DNA from: Psammoneis japonica
Taxonomy: Eukaryota
Length of the DNA: 64,000 nucleotides
Assembly: GCA_008632985.1 (NCBI GenBank)
Contig: QPGO01000168.1
Location: 62,001 to 126,000 of the forward strand
Reading direction: 5' to 3'
Part shown: positions 11,201 to 24,516 of the stretch, one piece after another
Layout of the letters: each line of letters opens with the position of its first letter
How positions within the stretch are numbered: the stretch's first letter is position 1
The notes under the pieces: generated by a model
Databases searched by the model: none
What the model saw: only the letters and a program-made list of their open reading frames with translations
Told to the model about the DNA's origin: nothing
Program-made: the position numbers and the translations under genes

Positions 11201-14200
11201 ATATTGCTAGAAACACTTCTCGGCGAAGGCAAAGGGCGTGCGTTTTAATCCAAGCGGCAGTTCGGTCGTCATTGATTAGACAGAAAGAGACGGAGGGAGC
11301 TGTCGCTATCCAGTCATGTTTCAGAAGTCATCGAACCAGACGATTCTACCAAACGATTCTTGCCGGCCTCATTGCGTTTCAGGCCGTAACGCGTGGTCGT
11401 ATCGTACGTAACGCAATCGCACGGAGAGAACGGGCGGCCCGAACAATTCAATCTTGTGCTCGCACTTTGGCTGTGCGGTCGTCATTGAGGAGGCAGAAGG
11501 AGGAGAATGGAGCCATTGTTATCCAGTCGTGTGTGAGACGCCATCAAAGTAAATGCATATTCCAAACGGTTATGGTAGGCGTCACCTCATTGCAAGCTAT
11601 AACGCGTGGCAGCATAGAACGAAACGCAAGCATTAGGAGAGAACAGGCGGCGCGTACAATACCGTCTGGTGCCAGCGATTTTCTCAGTTCGCAGGAAGCC
11701 AACGCGGAAGAAGTCGGGGAACGACAAGAACCCCAAACACTTGCAACTGACGAAATGGCGGTTATCAAATTCCAGTCAATCGTGCGGGCGTTTCTTATGT
11801 CTTTGTCCTATCAACGACAGAGGAACGCGTGCATCAAAATTCAAAGTGCTACAAGAGGCATGCTGAAGAGGCTCGAATGGAAAGAGCTCTGTAACCGCGT
11901 TATTCTCATCCAGGCTTTGTGTCGCAAGCATCAGGCGATGCAGGAATATGAAACTTCCACCCGCAGTATTCCGTATGTACAGGCTCTGGTCCGCGGGACA
12001 AACGAAAAAAGGTCGTATGCGAAGAAACGAGCGAGCGTGATTGCAATCCAGTCCATTTCACGAACATTCCTTGAAACGTCGTCCTTTCGCCGCCACAGGA
12101 ATGCGTCGATTATTATCCAAGCAGCTTCCAGAAGATACTTGTCCTTGCTGCGGTATCGAACAATTCTGACTGGTGTTGTGTCACTACAAGCTTCGGCACG
12201 TGGGACCGCGGAAAGAAAGCGCTTCGGTGAGGTGTCCGCCGCAATATTGATGCTTCAGTCAGTGGCCAGGGGATTTCTGGAACGAAGTGTCTTGTTACGA
12301 CAACGGCGTGCTGCCACCCTAATTCAGAGTAGGAGAAGGGGAATGGTACAAAGGAAACAGACAAATGAGCTTCGCTCAAGTCTGATTCTTCAGTCGCTTG
12401 TCCGCAGTTTTGTCGCTTCAAAATCCTTTCAACGACAAAGACAAGCCTCCGTTATTATCCAAAGTTCTGTGAGGGGCGTACTTGCGCGAAAAAACCAAAA
12501 AAACACAGCCGGTTTAGATGTCGCACAGTACCCATTGGAGAGTTTGATCGCTGCACAGTCTATGGCTCGAGCGCTTCTCTGTACAACTGCTTATCAACAA
12601 AAGAAAAAGTCGTGCGTCAGAATTCAAGCAGTCGCGAGAGGATACATGTCGAGACAGAAACTGGAAAAGCTGCACTCTCGTGCGAATCTCAGGTACCAGA
12701 TGGCAATCCGTGGTGTGACCCTTTTGCAGGCTCGTTTCCGCGGAAAAAACGAGAGGCAGGCCATTGCGCGTTTGACGGAGAAGGCGATTGTAGTCCAGTC
12801 CATTGCGCGCGCCTTTATTTGCACTTCGTCCTTTAACCGCAAGAGAAGTTCGTCCATTGCCATCCAAGCAGCCACACGAGGGATGCAGGCAAGGAGTCAG
12901 GATACTGCGAAAAGCTCGAGCGCGGTGCGCATTCAAGCTCTGGCCAGGGGATACCAGGGAAGGCGGGAGTACGAAACAATAAAATACAGAATCGTTCTCT
13001 TGCAGGCTATAGTTCGCGGAATGTCCCAAAGAAAGGTGACATCGACTAGGAGAAAATCTGTGGTTTTGCTGCAGTCTTGCGCCCGTGCCTTTATTTCTTC
13101 AAGAGAGTTCAAACAACAGCGACTTGCTGCGATATCCATTCAGCGGAGAACGCGAAGGATGAATTTGAGATCTTGCTTGAACGACCGGCGCCACTCTGCG
13201 GTTGTGCTTCAGTCTTATGCCCGAGCCTTTATTGCCGCTAGAGCTTTCAAGCAACAGCGACTTGCTGCAATATCCATCCAGCGGAGAACACGAGGAATGA
13301 ACGTGAGACGTTCCGTGAACGACCGGCGCCACTCTGCGGTTGTGCTTCAGTCTTATGCCCGTGCCTTTGTTGCCGTCAGAGCTTTCGAACAACAGCGACT
13401 TGCTGCAATATCCATCCAGCGTTCAACACGAGGAATGAACGCGAGACGTTCCGTGAAAGACCGGCAGCAATCTGTGATATTGCTTCAGTCTTGTGCCCGT
13501 GCCTTTATTGCCACCAAAGCTTTCGAACAACAGCGACTTGCTGCTATATCTATTCAGCGAGGAACACGAGGAATGAACGCGAGACGTTCCGTGAACGACC
13601 GACAGAAATCTGTGATTTTGCTTCAGTCTTGTGCCCGTGCCTTTATTGCTTCGAGAGCTTTCGAACAACAACGACTTGCTGCTATATCTATTCAGCGGAC
13701 AACACGAGGAAGGAACGCGAGACGTTCCGTGACGGACCTGCATCACGCTGCGAGCATTATTCAGTCTGCAGCCAGACTCTACATGCAGAGCCTGCGTGAA
13801 ACTGACATCAGAGACAACGAGTCACGGACAATACCCAGGGACCCTGAAAGCTCCCAGGTAGAGTATCAATCGCAAGAGGTATTCTCCTTTTCACGCACTG
13901 AAATGCATGCTCATCTGCTGGCTCTCGAGTCCAAACGCCGATCAACTTATGAACGAAAGTTGGAATCGTGTTTGCTGCGTTGGCGATCATCACTCCAGCT
14001 GCTACGAGCTGGTGTTTTTGAAACGGAACGAGCCGAACGACTAATTTTGGGATCGGCGATTGTAAACCAAGCCTGCGCCGATGCCATGACTTCCATCTAC
14101 AATGATGTACTCTTCGATGATGATGGAAATGCTGTCGCCGACGAACGAAGACAGATGCAGCTATTGGAAGAACGCAGCAAATCTCGTGGTGGCGACAACG

Positions 14201-15516
14201 AACGGTCTTCCGAAGAACTTAGGTTGCTGGGATCTCTTGTAGAATGTCACGTTGTGCTCGCTGAGCAGTTTGCTGAGAATGCCACCTTTGTGGTGAATGA
14301 AGTGACTGAGGAATTTTCTAATTTTCGCGAACTCTCGGAAGCTAAAGTCGACGATGTCAAGCAAATGGGGGACGCCACGATTAAAGAGTTGAAGGAAGCA
14401 GAGAGCAGGGTCTTGGAAGCCTGGGGTAAGTACAATGAGAGCGCCTTGGGCTGCGTATTGTTATGAAGTTCTCGCTCAGTTGTTGTTTTGCTTCTTTAAA
14501 TTTATTTAGATGCGTACGATGCGGTGGCAGCGGAACAGTTGACACAAGGCAACAACCTGTTAGACAGTCCGTCGGGGTCGGGAAAAAGCAATGCATCTTC
14601 CGAACCTCGCGCCGACCTCTGGCTCGTTGAAATGCGGTATCGCTTTGCTGTGGCTCACCAGTCGTCGATATGGGAAAAGGCATCCGATTTGTTTCAAATT
14701 ATCATCAAAACCGAATTCACTCGTCGAACGCGTCTGAAAGAAGTGTTGATTGACGTTGTTCCTCGGCAGCGGCGTTTGTTTTCAATCACGGCGTCAACAC
14801 AAGCACAAGTCCTTCAAGAGTTGGTTGACCGCGATGAGACAAGAGAACAAATTGAAGTAGAAATGAAGAAGTATGTCCAAAGTGTTGTCGCTAGCGGTGA
14901 TCAAATCGAGAGCTTTGCAGAAGAAGACTATGATTTCGCCGTCCACGGAGGATCAGTGACGGATAGCTCGTTGTCTCCTCTGGCGAATCGACTCGTCCAT
15001 ACTGCGGTCATTGTTGAATTGACAAGCTTTCGAGGGTGTTGGCAGAAAATGCTTGCTGTTGTGACTTTGGATCATTACATGCACCTCTTTGTGATGCCAT
15101 CCAGCGTGGACCCAGCCTTATCGACAAGCGAGATGCTACTGGAACTCCCAACTCCAGAGTCAGACGATGAGAATCACATTACAGGCATTTTAAAAGACAT
15201 TGATCCTGCGGATACCATCTTTTTGCCCAAGAGCGTTGCATCGCCGAATGAGCAGGGCTATATCTTTCTAACCGAAACTCGGGTGGGAAGGTTTGGGAAT
15301 CCGACAGCTCGCAAACTACTGCTCAGGACCGATCTCCAGGAAGACACCCAAAAGCTGTTGTCAGCGATTCATCGTGACAGCCACGCCGCGGAGGTGTCGA
15401 GTGAAACAACGGGAGATTTGAGTGAAAGTGACAGCGACCACTCCGCGTTAGGAAGAATGATGGGAGAAACAAACATACCAAGCAACGATGCATTCCAGTT
15501 TGCACATGGCCATTGA
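8207..15516 (+). CDS. Large IQ-motif repeat (calmodulin-binding) protein with C-terminal coiled-coil/BAR-like and PH-like region
   Basis: 2049-aa ORF 8317-14466 carries many IQxxxRGxxxR motifs. Phase-1 intron 14426-14509 (gtaag...tttag) joins in frame to ORF 14524-15516. The likely true start MKAKECICG at 8207 lies in another frame, implying a frameshift near 8300-8320. Confidence 0.8.
13057..13746 (+). repeat. Coding tandem repeat, about 5 x 138 bp (46 aa, two IQ motifs per unit)
   Basis: gaccggcgccactctgcg recurs at 13183 and 13321 (138-bp period). Unit is S(A/V)(V/I)(V/L)LQS(Y/C)ARAF...QQRLAAISIQR.TRGMN.RRSV.DR. Confidence 0.9.
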
Positions 15517-16435
15517 GAGACGTTTGAAATTGGCATGCCGGCCTGCAAAATTGCTTGCGGTATGAGGCTGTTGCGGATCAGATTTGAGCTGGAAGCGAGT
15601 AATTACCTGGGAAAGATTGCCTGAGCTGGACGACTACAATGAAAGGGATATGAAATCAAGTTCCTGCTAAATACGCATTGTGGTTGCTACGATTTTGTTC
15701 AGCTTTCGTACAAGCCCGCCGACGACGGCTTCGGCCCAAAAATCTCAACCTGCCGCACCGGTGTAGTGCATGGCGGAGGTGTTCCCTGGAAGGGTTTGAG
15801 TGACAATGGACCACGGAATGGAGAAAGTTTGGCACACAAGGATCCAATCGAAAAAGGTTTGCCAGAAAAGAGACATTGGACGCCAGACGTGGCGAAGCGA
15901 ATCGAGAATCTGTCACAGAGTCAACCACTGTTTTTGGCGTTCGCTCGAAACTTGGCAGCCAACAAACTCATAGACTAGGCTGCACCCTTCTGTAACATTG
16001 CTATAATCAGGGCTATAAGGAATTCTCTTGTGGGTGTTATCAGTACTACTCTCTAGAGTAGAGTCACTCTTGATTTGTAGCTACTAAGTAGCTACTACTG
16101 GCTAGAGTAGAGTGTAGAGATGAAGAGACTTGACTTGGGCCGCCCTCTTTTTGCTCCTCTAATGCGCAAGCTTTCGGTTTTGGGCATTTTCAATTTTTGT
16201 ACCTTCCAACATTTTCATGTTCAGGAATGAACATTGTGAAATGATTTTGACTTATACAAGAATGAATGTTTCATTTGCGAGAAACATTTTGGAAAAAAAA
16301 GAAAAAAGCGGCAACGAGAAAGACAGACGGTGCTCAGCTCAGTGCTCAACATGATGCCATCCATGCAGGGATGAGCGTTGTGACTCTGTTTAATTCTTGT
16401 TGTCCCTCTGACTTCTTATAAACATCTTGCATGTT

Positions 16436-18163
16436 ATGATGGACCCCACTTTGGAGGACATTGAATCCAAACGACGAATCTCTTATGCTCCGAAATTAGC
16501 ACACATTTCCGAACAATGGCGTGTCTCTCGCGAATTGTTGAAATCGGGTGTTTCCGAAACGGCCCGAGCCGAGCGAATCATGCTGGGAACGTCCTTGGTA
16601 CATCAAGCCCGTGCCGATGCCATGCAAGCCATGTACATGGATGTTTTGTTTGATGACGAGCTCAATTCTGTGGTGGATGAGCGAAAACAAAAGTCGCTCT
16701 ACAAGCAACGGAGAAAAATGGGATTTGACGCGTGTGGGAAAAAGACGAAAAAGAAAAATCAAAAAGGAGGCATGCTAACGACGCTTGCGCAGAGTCAATC
16801 TACTATTGCCAAGCAGTTTGCAGAAGATGCCTTGTTGGTTACGACACATATTGCTCATGAAACGTCGGCTTTTCGAAAAGAGTACCAAACGCGAGTTCAA
16901 CGGTTGACGCAACGAGGCGATGAAATGCTGGAGCAATTGGAATCTGTGGAAAAAGAAGCTTGTTCTGCGTGGGGTATGTTTCAAGATTGTATATATGTTG
17001 CGTTCATTTCTCTTGGTTTCGCATCTTACGGAGATTATTCTCAACCAACCGCTTGCTTTCTTTCCTCTCTTGCCCACCGCACAGACGCTTTTCATTCAAC
17101 ATCTGTCTCTCTGAACGCAGATGGACAACCCACTCTGAGTAGCGGCAGCAGCAAACGACCTCGATCATGGCGAGGCCTCACATCCATCGAGACAGACTTT
17201 GATGCCGACGACGAGCGAAACGTGTCCGAACCCATTCCAAGCATCCCGGAAGCCAAGGCATTCTGGAAGAAAAAGCCATTGTTGTCGGGCTCTGACCTTC
17301 AAGTCGAGTACGGATTGGCCGTGGTGAAACAAACAAACTTATGGAGTAAACTATCCCCGGAACTATCGGAATTGCTGGAAATGGCGGCCAAGTTGGAAGC
17401 GGAACGGCAAGAAAAAATGTTGGAGTTTTTGCGGGATTATGTTCCCGGACAACGGCGGCTCTTTGGCGCTGCGGCAGCGTCACAATCTCAAGTATTGGAT
17501 GAATTGCAAGCCGATGACGACCACAACCGCTTGTATCCTGACGTGTCGAGTCTGTTGGAGGAAGACGGCTCGATTCTTCGTGAACAAGACAATGTTGATA
17601 TATTTCAAGCCAAGGAAATACCGCTCACCTCGAATTTGGTTTCGTCCATCAAGGTGGTGGAACGAAGTGACTCCAAAACCAAAGACTGGAGCAAGGTACT
17701 GGCGGTTGTCACGCATGATGACTATTTGCATCTTTTCAAATTGCCGCCAACTTCATCGGCATCCGTATCAAATCCAGAAAAAGTCTTTATGGAATTGCTT
17801 CCTAAAAACACACCTCTGTTTCCATCCAAGAAGAGTGATGAAGAAGCTACCGAAACATCGAGTGCATCCAGCCAAAGTGAGAATAGCATCAAGGACTTTA
17901 CTCCATTGGATTCGTGGTTCTTGCCGAATGCTAGTGTCAGTGTGCGAGGAGACCAGGGGCGAGAGATTGAAGTAACGAGTGCAAAGGGCAATGGGGGTTA
18001 CTTTTCACGAAAGAAGAAATTATTGATGCGAATCGATGCAAAGTCTTCCCCGGAAGACAAAGCTGCGTGGATGGATATTTTACGTCTGACAAGGACTCCT
18101 CAAAGCAACGAGGCGGCTACTAGTACAGATGAAGGTGCGCATGCAAAGGTAACTCGAGTTTAA
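16436..18163 (+). CDS. Coiled-coil/BAR-like plus PH-like protein, tandem paralog of the C-terminus of the upstream IQ gene
   Basis: KRRISY...ETARAERIMLG...DVLFDD aligns with KRRSTY...ETERAERLILG...DVLFDD. WSKVLAVVTHDDYLHLF matches WQKMLAVVTLDHYMHLF. A 111-bp in-frame intron 16974-17084 sits at the homologous AW|D position. Confidence 0.8.
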   Translation: MMDPTLEDIESKRRISYAPKLAHISEQWRVSRELLKSGVSETARAERIMLGTSLVHQARADAMQAMYMDVLFDDELNSVVDERKQKSLYKQRRKMGFDACGKKTKKKNQKGGMLTTLAQSQSTIAKQFAEDALLVTTHIAHETSAFRKEYQTRVQRLTQRGDEMLEQLESVEKEACSAWGMFQDCIYVAFISLGFASYGDYSQPTACFLSSLAHRTDAFHSTSVSLNADGQPTLSSGSSKRPRSWRGLTSIETDFDADDERNVSEPIPSIPEAKAFWKKKPLLSGSDLQVEYGLAVVKQTNLWSKLSPELSELLEMAAKLEAERQEKMLEFLRDYVPGQRRLFGAAAASQSQVLDELQADDDHNRLYPDVSSLLEEDGSILREQDNVDIFQAKEIPLTSNLVSSIKVVERSDSKTKDWSKVLAVVTHDDYLHLFKLPPTSSASVSNPEKVFMELLPKNTPLFPSKKSDEEATETSSASSQSENSIKDFTPLDSWFLPNASVSVRGDQGREIEVTSAKGNGGYFSRKKKLLMRIDAKSSPEDKAAWMDILRLTRTPQSNEAATSTDEGAHAKVTRV

Positions 18164-18539
18164 AGCATCAACTCTAGAGTCAACGTGAAAGTTCAAATTC
18201 GATTATGACAGCATCGACACTAAAAAAAAGAGTCTAGGGCCTGAACATCGGGATGACTCGTCTCTAGCTAGTAGAGGCCCTGTTTCTGGGGCTATCCCGA
18301 TCTCTATCTTCCGCGTCAACGCTCCGAGTTTATGAAAAAAAAAAGAAGAGGAAAAGGAGGAGGAAGAGAGAGAGGCGTTCGCAGTGCATGCAATGCGTTC
18401 AACGCTCACGCACGACGCCCAGACGATTGGCGCTTTCGACGCAGTCGCAGCTCCAGCAAACACTCTAAAGAACAGTGACACACCATGAGCCATCCAAGTG
18501 CATTATCCACTGCTTCATTGCTTATAGAAATGCAGAAAA

Positions 18540-21500
18540 AGCTCACACCCACAGCTGACTAACTCCACAGTCGACACACAACAGCACGCTCGCCAAACAT
18601 TTCATCACTTTTCTTCAGCCAGTTCCACATTTTTCCATCCATTTCCTCTCCAGACTGAATGTTTCAGAAACAAATTTCCCCAAAACAACAAATGGTGTCA
18701 AATGACTTATGTCATGCAGAACATTGGCCCAGGAAGCCATTGCAACCTTTGGCAGTCAAAGACACTCACACTGGAAAATGACAGGCAAAATGAAAATGTG
18801 AGCGGAACAACGCACGCGGCAACAATCCATTGGGATCACACATGACAGTGTGCTCATCAGGGCACCTTTTAGAGAGAGAGCTGGGTAGCCTTACCAACTT
18901 TTACGCCCCCAAGCACCACCAGCGGTTTGTGGCATCCGTGCATCCAAGAGGAGGTGATGAGCCCGCCAACACAAGCCTCAGCCTCCCCGTTTTGCCCACT
19001 GCAAAGCCTGGGCTGGTCGTCACACTGCCAAGATCTCCCAAAATAACGTGGACAACATCTTGTCTTTGACTGTGAAGACAATTCTGTTGCATGGTAGAAA
19101 GAAAGGGTCAACACAGACCAAACACCTGCGCGCATGAACGAGGCGCACAAAAAAAGGCTCGCGAGGCATGCAAGTTTCGTCAAAATGAGTCCAATGCTCA
19201 AACAATTGGAGCATGCTCATGGGATTACCTTTTTTGGACTGTGACAAGACTGTCTGACAATTGCCAACATCGCAAGTGTCCTCCAGGCTCCATCGCATCG
19301 TTTTGTTCCCCACGGCGTGCACTTTCCAAAAATTGTGACGGCAGAAACACGACATGCCGTGATTGTGTGCTGACCAAGCCCCCAAGAAGGATGTCAAGTG
19401 CCTCACAAGTCCATGTTAACATGCACAACAGGTGCACCAAAGGACGCAGAGTGGGGCGAAGCATGAAGATCCCAAACGGATGCGCTTTGGCGGCACCAAC
19501 GACTTGAAAAACATGCCAACATCACAGATGTCACAACCAACCACACGAGATGATCAACCCACCTTGTGAGCAGCAACAAAAAACAACAATGGTCTTTGTC
19601 AAATGGGAAAACAAAATAAAATGAGAAAATGCATGAAGAGCTTGCCTCGGCAACGTTGTCGACCATTCAGATGTCACCTGCAGCATGCAGTGATCGAAGC
19701 ACGAGTCGATGAATGCAACCGTTTGCACCGTGTGTTGCAACTGGAGCCCCCCAGGAAACCAAGCCAGTGTGTCAAACTCTTTGCAACAGCAATGGAAAGA
19801 GATCACACATGCAAAATGCGTCCACCCCGCGATGTTTGCCATGCCAAGACACACCAAAGTGCAACGTGCATGGCCGTTTCTTACGGTGCGATGTGCCAAA
19901 TCGGGATCATTTGAGTGGAATGAAGGAAATGAAGAGGATTCCCTCTTTCGTGTCGTCACACAACTTGCGCCATGTTGGACCGTTCATTTCTGCTTGTCGT
20001 CACAGAAATGGAGTTGTGTCGTTGCAGGATTCTGCACAAGTTCCAGCACATTTCTCACACAGTTTATGAAGAGCTGCCTACGCTGCTGGACGATTGCCGC
20101 ATTTTCTCACCTGGTGTGGGCAGCAGGTTTTGATTAACTCGACTCGCTTCTCGCACAAGTAACCCAGATGTTAAAGTGGGGAGAACTGGGACAACTGCAC
20201 AAGCAACCATCATCAAAGGCAGCTGCACTCAAGGACAAGGAACAACATGCAAAGCAAAATGCAACATGCAGACAAGGAGCTTGTGCAGAAACAGAGTGTC
20301 CAACCACACCAGCACAAGCGGAGGAGGCTGCAAGAGGAGAAGCAGAGCAGCACGAGCCAAAAAAGCAAGAAGAGAAGAGCCGCCAGAGGGGGCAAGAGCC
20401 TGCACAGAGGACAGCGGCATGTGTTGTGCCTTGAAGAACCGGGTGGAAGGGGTGAACAAAATGCCAAAAAGGGGAAATTGTGAGACAGTTTTGGGAGCTA
20501 AAAGCAAGCAGTTGTGAGATGCTTTGCAGCACAAAACCCCCAGCAAAAGCTCATTGCTGCCCCAGCAGGCCAGCCAAGAATCTCTGTGTGTTGTCCATGA
20601 CCAAGCATCGCCATGAAAAGTGTTTTCAACACCACTTTGGGGTGTGACCCAGTTGTCATTGAGAGCTGCCTCACAAAAAACTGCTCCAGCGCTTGTTGAC
20701 GAATCTCCAAGCATGTGCGAAAGCACCGGGGGGAGCTTGCTGAAGATGTCTCTCTGCTGCTGTGCATTGCTTCTGTCAAATGAGAGCACAAGCATGTGAT
20801 CCATGCCCTCTTTGCAGAGCTGGGCAATCATCTTTGCTGCTTTGGTGTTGGCACAGAGCTCCCAGCAGCACAGAGCTTTGCTGAGGCACCAACAAGGTCC
20901 TGGGCAAAAGAGCAGCAGTGTCAGCAGCAAAAAGCAGTTCTGCTGTGTGTTGGAGCAGCAAGCAGCCAGAGCAACAACAACAACAAAAAGAAAGGATGAA
21001 AAGAGCAGAACAAGTTCACAGACGAGCAGCATCTGAGGTGGCCAGAAATGATCTCCAGTGTGTGCCAGCCCAAGACAAGCAGCAGCAAAAGCAGGGCAAG
21101 AAAACAAAGGCTTGTTTTGATGAAGATGGCATGGGCAAAGTCAAGAAGCCACACAGAGAAAAGCAAGCCAACTTGGTGCAGTCTTGGCACCAGGTGGTGG
21201 CTCAAGAGTGCACATCATCATGCACAGCCACTGTTTGTGATGTGCCAGCCAAGAGCAGCAGCAGTGCTGGCCAGCTCCCAGCTGCCAGAGCTCTGCAGGC
21301 CTCGTGCATTGCCAACTCAGAACACTTTGTGGCAGAGCTGAAAAGCAAAATGATTTGATCATTGTGTGCAGCATGGTGGCAGGAAGGAAGTGGGTGAGAC
21401 AAGTTTGAAGTGCTGGGCAAGACAAGCTTGCTCTCCTGCACTGCAACAGAAGAAATCACAACAGAGAGAGACAGGAAACAAGCAACAGCTGACAACAGCA

Positions 21501-24480
21501 ATTCTTTCTGCTTGGAATGCCGTCACATTTGCTGTGTTCGCTGTCCTTGTTGCTTGCAATGGACTGGCAACATTTGTGCCACAAGATCTGCCTTCTCCGT
21601 GCGCGCTGCCGCATGAGGATGATGGTTCAAAGCTGAGTTTGATTGGCTTGATTAAAATGACAAAGAGGCAATGTGTGATGACTCAAAAAGTTGCCCCGTT
21701 GAGCAAGCAAAAATTCACCTTTGTGCTTTGTGTGCGGCACAAACTTGTCACATCCTCCACCTCATGTGCAGCACAAAATTCACACTGCACACAAAGAGCA
21801 CGGTTGCTCACAGGGATGACCTTCCACATCAGCGCTGTCGTTGTGTGCAGCATCCCACACTGTTTGATGACCTGCCCAGATCGGAGATGCTGGCAGACCA
21901 ACAAGAGACACTGCTGCCACTTTAGCTGGCTCTGGCAGCAGTGGTCCATGCCCACCCTTGCGCAAGTGGGGTGCATGCACTGCACACAGGTTGGTCGGCA
22001 GGTGGGTGATCGGTTTGTTTTGCATTGCTGCTGCTGCCCATGTCACGCCGTGCTTCACCGTGTGGGAAAAAATGCCAACCAATGCAATGATGGCATGCCA
22101 ACGCCAATGTCTTTTGCTGGAAGGAACATCAGCTGCGCGCAACTGGTGTTTGTGCTTGCTCTGCACACGGATGGCATGTTTTGTGCATTGCATGAAGCCA
22201 ATTTGTCAGAATGGCACCAAAATGACAAACACAACCCCCTCTGGGCATGTGGTGCTCTTGCTGCAAAGCCAAGCTAGAGGAAGAAGAGTTGGAGTTGAGG
22301 GCACTGGGGGGGCAGACAGAGTTGATGTTCTTCTTGCCAGAAGAGTTTGCCAAAATGGCTTTGACCTTTTCATCATTTTCCTCACAATGTCTCCAAGCTG
22401 TTGTTGCCAAAGACACTCTGTTGACACCATCATCATGGCTGTCTGAGACTTTGAGCGTGTTTTGACTTGACCAGGAGAGAGTTGGGAGAGACAGCCAAAC
22501 AAGTCAAAAGTTTGTCTTTGGACTGGGTGTGAGTGACCACAGACTTTTTTGCCTTGATGGTGTTTTTTTCAGGCATTTTTATGTTGTTGCCACTGTCTCT
22601 TTCATGGCTTGCTTCACTTGCCACCACAGCATTGGTGGTGGTTTCAGCAGTTTCAAAGATCTTTTGAATGCCTTGTTGTTTGGGATCCATTGTTTTTTGT
22701 TCTCACTCAGGGAAGTGAGATTGCCTTTGGATTTGTTGCTGGAAGCTTCATTGGTCATGGTTGATTTTGGATGCTGTTTCTGTGCAGGACTTGGTGCTGC
22801 TCCAAGCAGGGCTGTTGGCAACTTTTTTGCATTGTTGCACACTGGAAAAGCAGCTCTGGCTGGCAGCTGGTCAGTCTGCAGCAGCAGCAGAATTCCACCT
22901 GACCAAAAAAAGCCAAGTGTCATGGAGAATCATCAAAGCATTCATGATTGAATCTTTCCAACTTTTCAGTTGTGAAAAAAATCTTTAAAAAATTTGCAAA
23001 TGGCGCTCAAAGGTGGAAAGTCATCATTGAGATGCCAGAGCATGGCAACAATGCTTGTGATGACAAACAGAGCCCCAAAGCTGTTTTCAGAATGTGCTTG
23101 GCACATGTCTGTTTCCTGTGGCCGGCAGTGCAAGGTGACAGGGTGGGGATGCTCATCAACATGTTCTTCATGAATCTGGCAGCACAGAGAGCTGATTTTG
23201 CCTTTTTTGTTGTGTCTTTACAAACTGTGGGTGCAAAAGGTGTGCAACTCAGGAGAATGACTTTGACAAAGCTGCAGATCCCCAGAGCTGCCATCAGTGC
23301 TGTTTTTAAAAAAGAAGCTGTCCAACAGCTGAGAGCCAAGTTGGAAAACTCTTTGTCCTGCACATGCAGACATCACAGAGAGTGCAAATTGACTTCAGGT
23401 TCACACTCCCGCTGAGCAACCAAAAAGCAAACTGAGGCTCTTTTTTGGACATGGACAAGCCTCGTTGGGAGAACAATGTGCAAGCTTGCAAACAGAGCTG
23501 TTTGTCAGAAGAGGAGAAGAATTTGACTCAAGACAACATCTGTGCAATGGGTGTTGCTTCTTTGGAACATTGTTGCACTTTGAGCTCCAATGCTTGTTTT
23601 CGACTGGTGCCTCAATTGAGAGCAAAGAAGATGACCATCTTCATTCCAGCGGCAAACAGCCAAACAGGTGTTGTTGCTGTCATGTGTTTGTCACCTCAAC
23701 TTGGTGGCAAATGCCGCCATGCAATGTCCCGCACAACCAACTTTCCTTCCTGCCAAAGAATCAGTGTCTCGCAAACTCAAAATGGGCGAAAGTCAGAACA
23801 GCGTGCACTTTCATCTGCAAGCAGGGGTTGCGCGGTTTTTGGCAACTTTCTTTTGCCACGCACAGCTTGAGCTGTGTGCAAGGCACACTCACCAACTGGC
23901 AAAAATCGGCTCATTTTCCATGTGATCAGCAAATTTGCGCCACTTGGGACAAGTGCAGGATGGTGAAAGAGCTGGTCAACCAAGCAAACCGCTGTCTTGA
24001 AGAGTGGCTGAGCCACCCCTGAGCAGGAAGGTTCTTGCGTCAGATGCTTCGAGTGTGCAGTGCTTGGTTGATTGCGCGCAACAGCTGCGGCCATTTGTGC
24101 AGAAAGGCTGAGCACCACTTCTTGCGTGCTTGCGACACAGATGCGCGGATGTTCTTTGGTGTGTTCAGTCTCTTTGGACTTTTTCCAGGGTGTTTCATGC
24201 ACGTGGGCATCAGGACAATCAATGTTCGCCAAATGAATGCCGAAAATGTGTCTTGTGGGACGAAGACAACATGAATGTGAGCACGCCCAACTCATTTTTC
24301 ATTTTTCATTTTTCATTTTTCATTTTTAGATGTGCCCCTCTCGGCGTCATTCACACGGCCAAATGTTTGCGTAGATGCCCCGCTCAGGGGTGGTGCGAGG
24401 CTGGAGTTCGCATTTTCGCATCGCGTTTTTCAGCCGCTTTTGCTTTTGCAGCAGCATTGGGCATTGGGGTAAAAAAGAAA
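18540..24480. other. TpA-depleted repeat/relic domain 3
   Basis: Near absence of TA; the central part (~20500-23400) also lacks most CG. No protein family confidently recognised. Confidence 0.85.
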
Positions 24481-24516
24481 TCATCAGGGCCCTAGCTCAT
24501 TGCACGTTGCATCATC

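Noticed and set aside
8317..14466. ASPM or myosin ortholog
   Set aside because: IQ repeats are present but no calponin-homology or motor domain is recognisable, so no gene symbol was assigned.
15656..15978. Small ORFs between the two BAR/PH-like genes
   Set aside because: Short, with no motifs and no supporting splice structure.
18418..18482. Short similarity to the window start (cccagacgat...gaacagtgacac)
   Set aside because: Only two ~10-bp matches with different spacing; insufficient to call a shared element.
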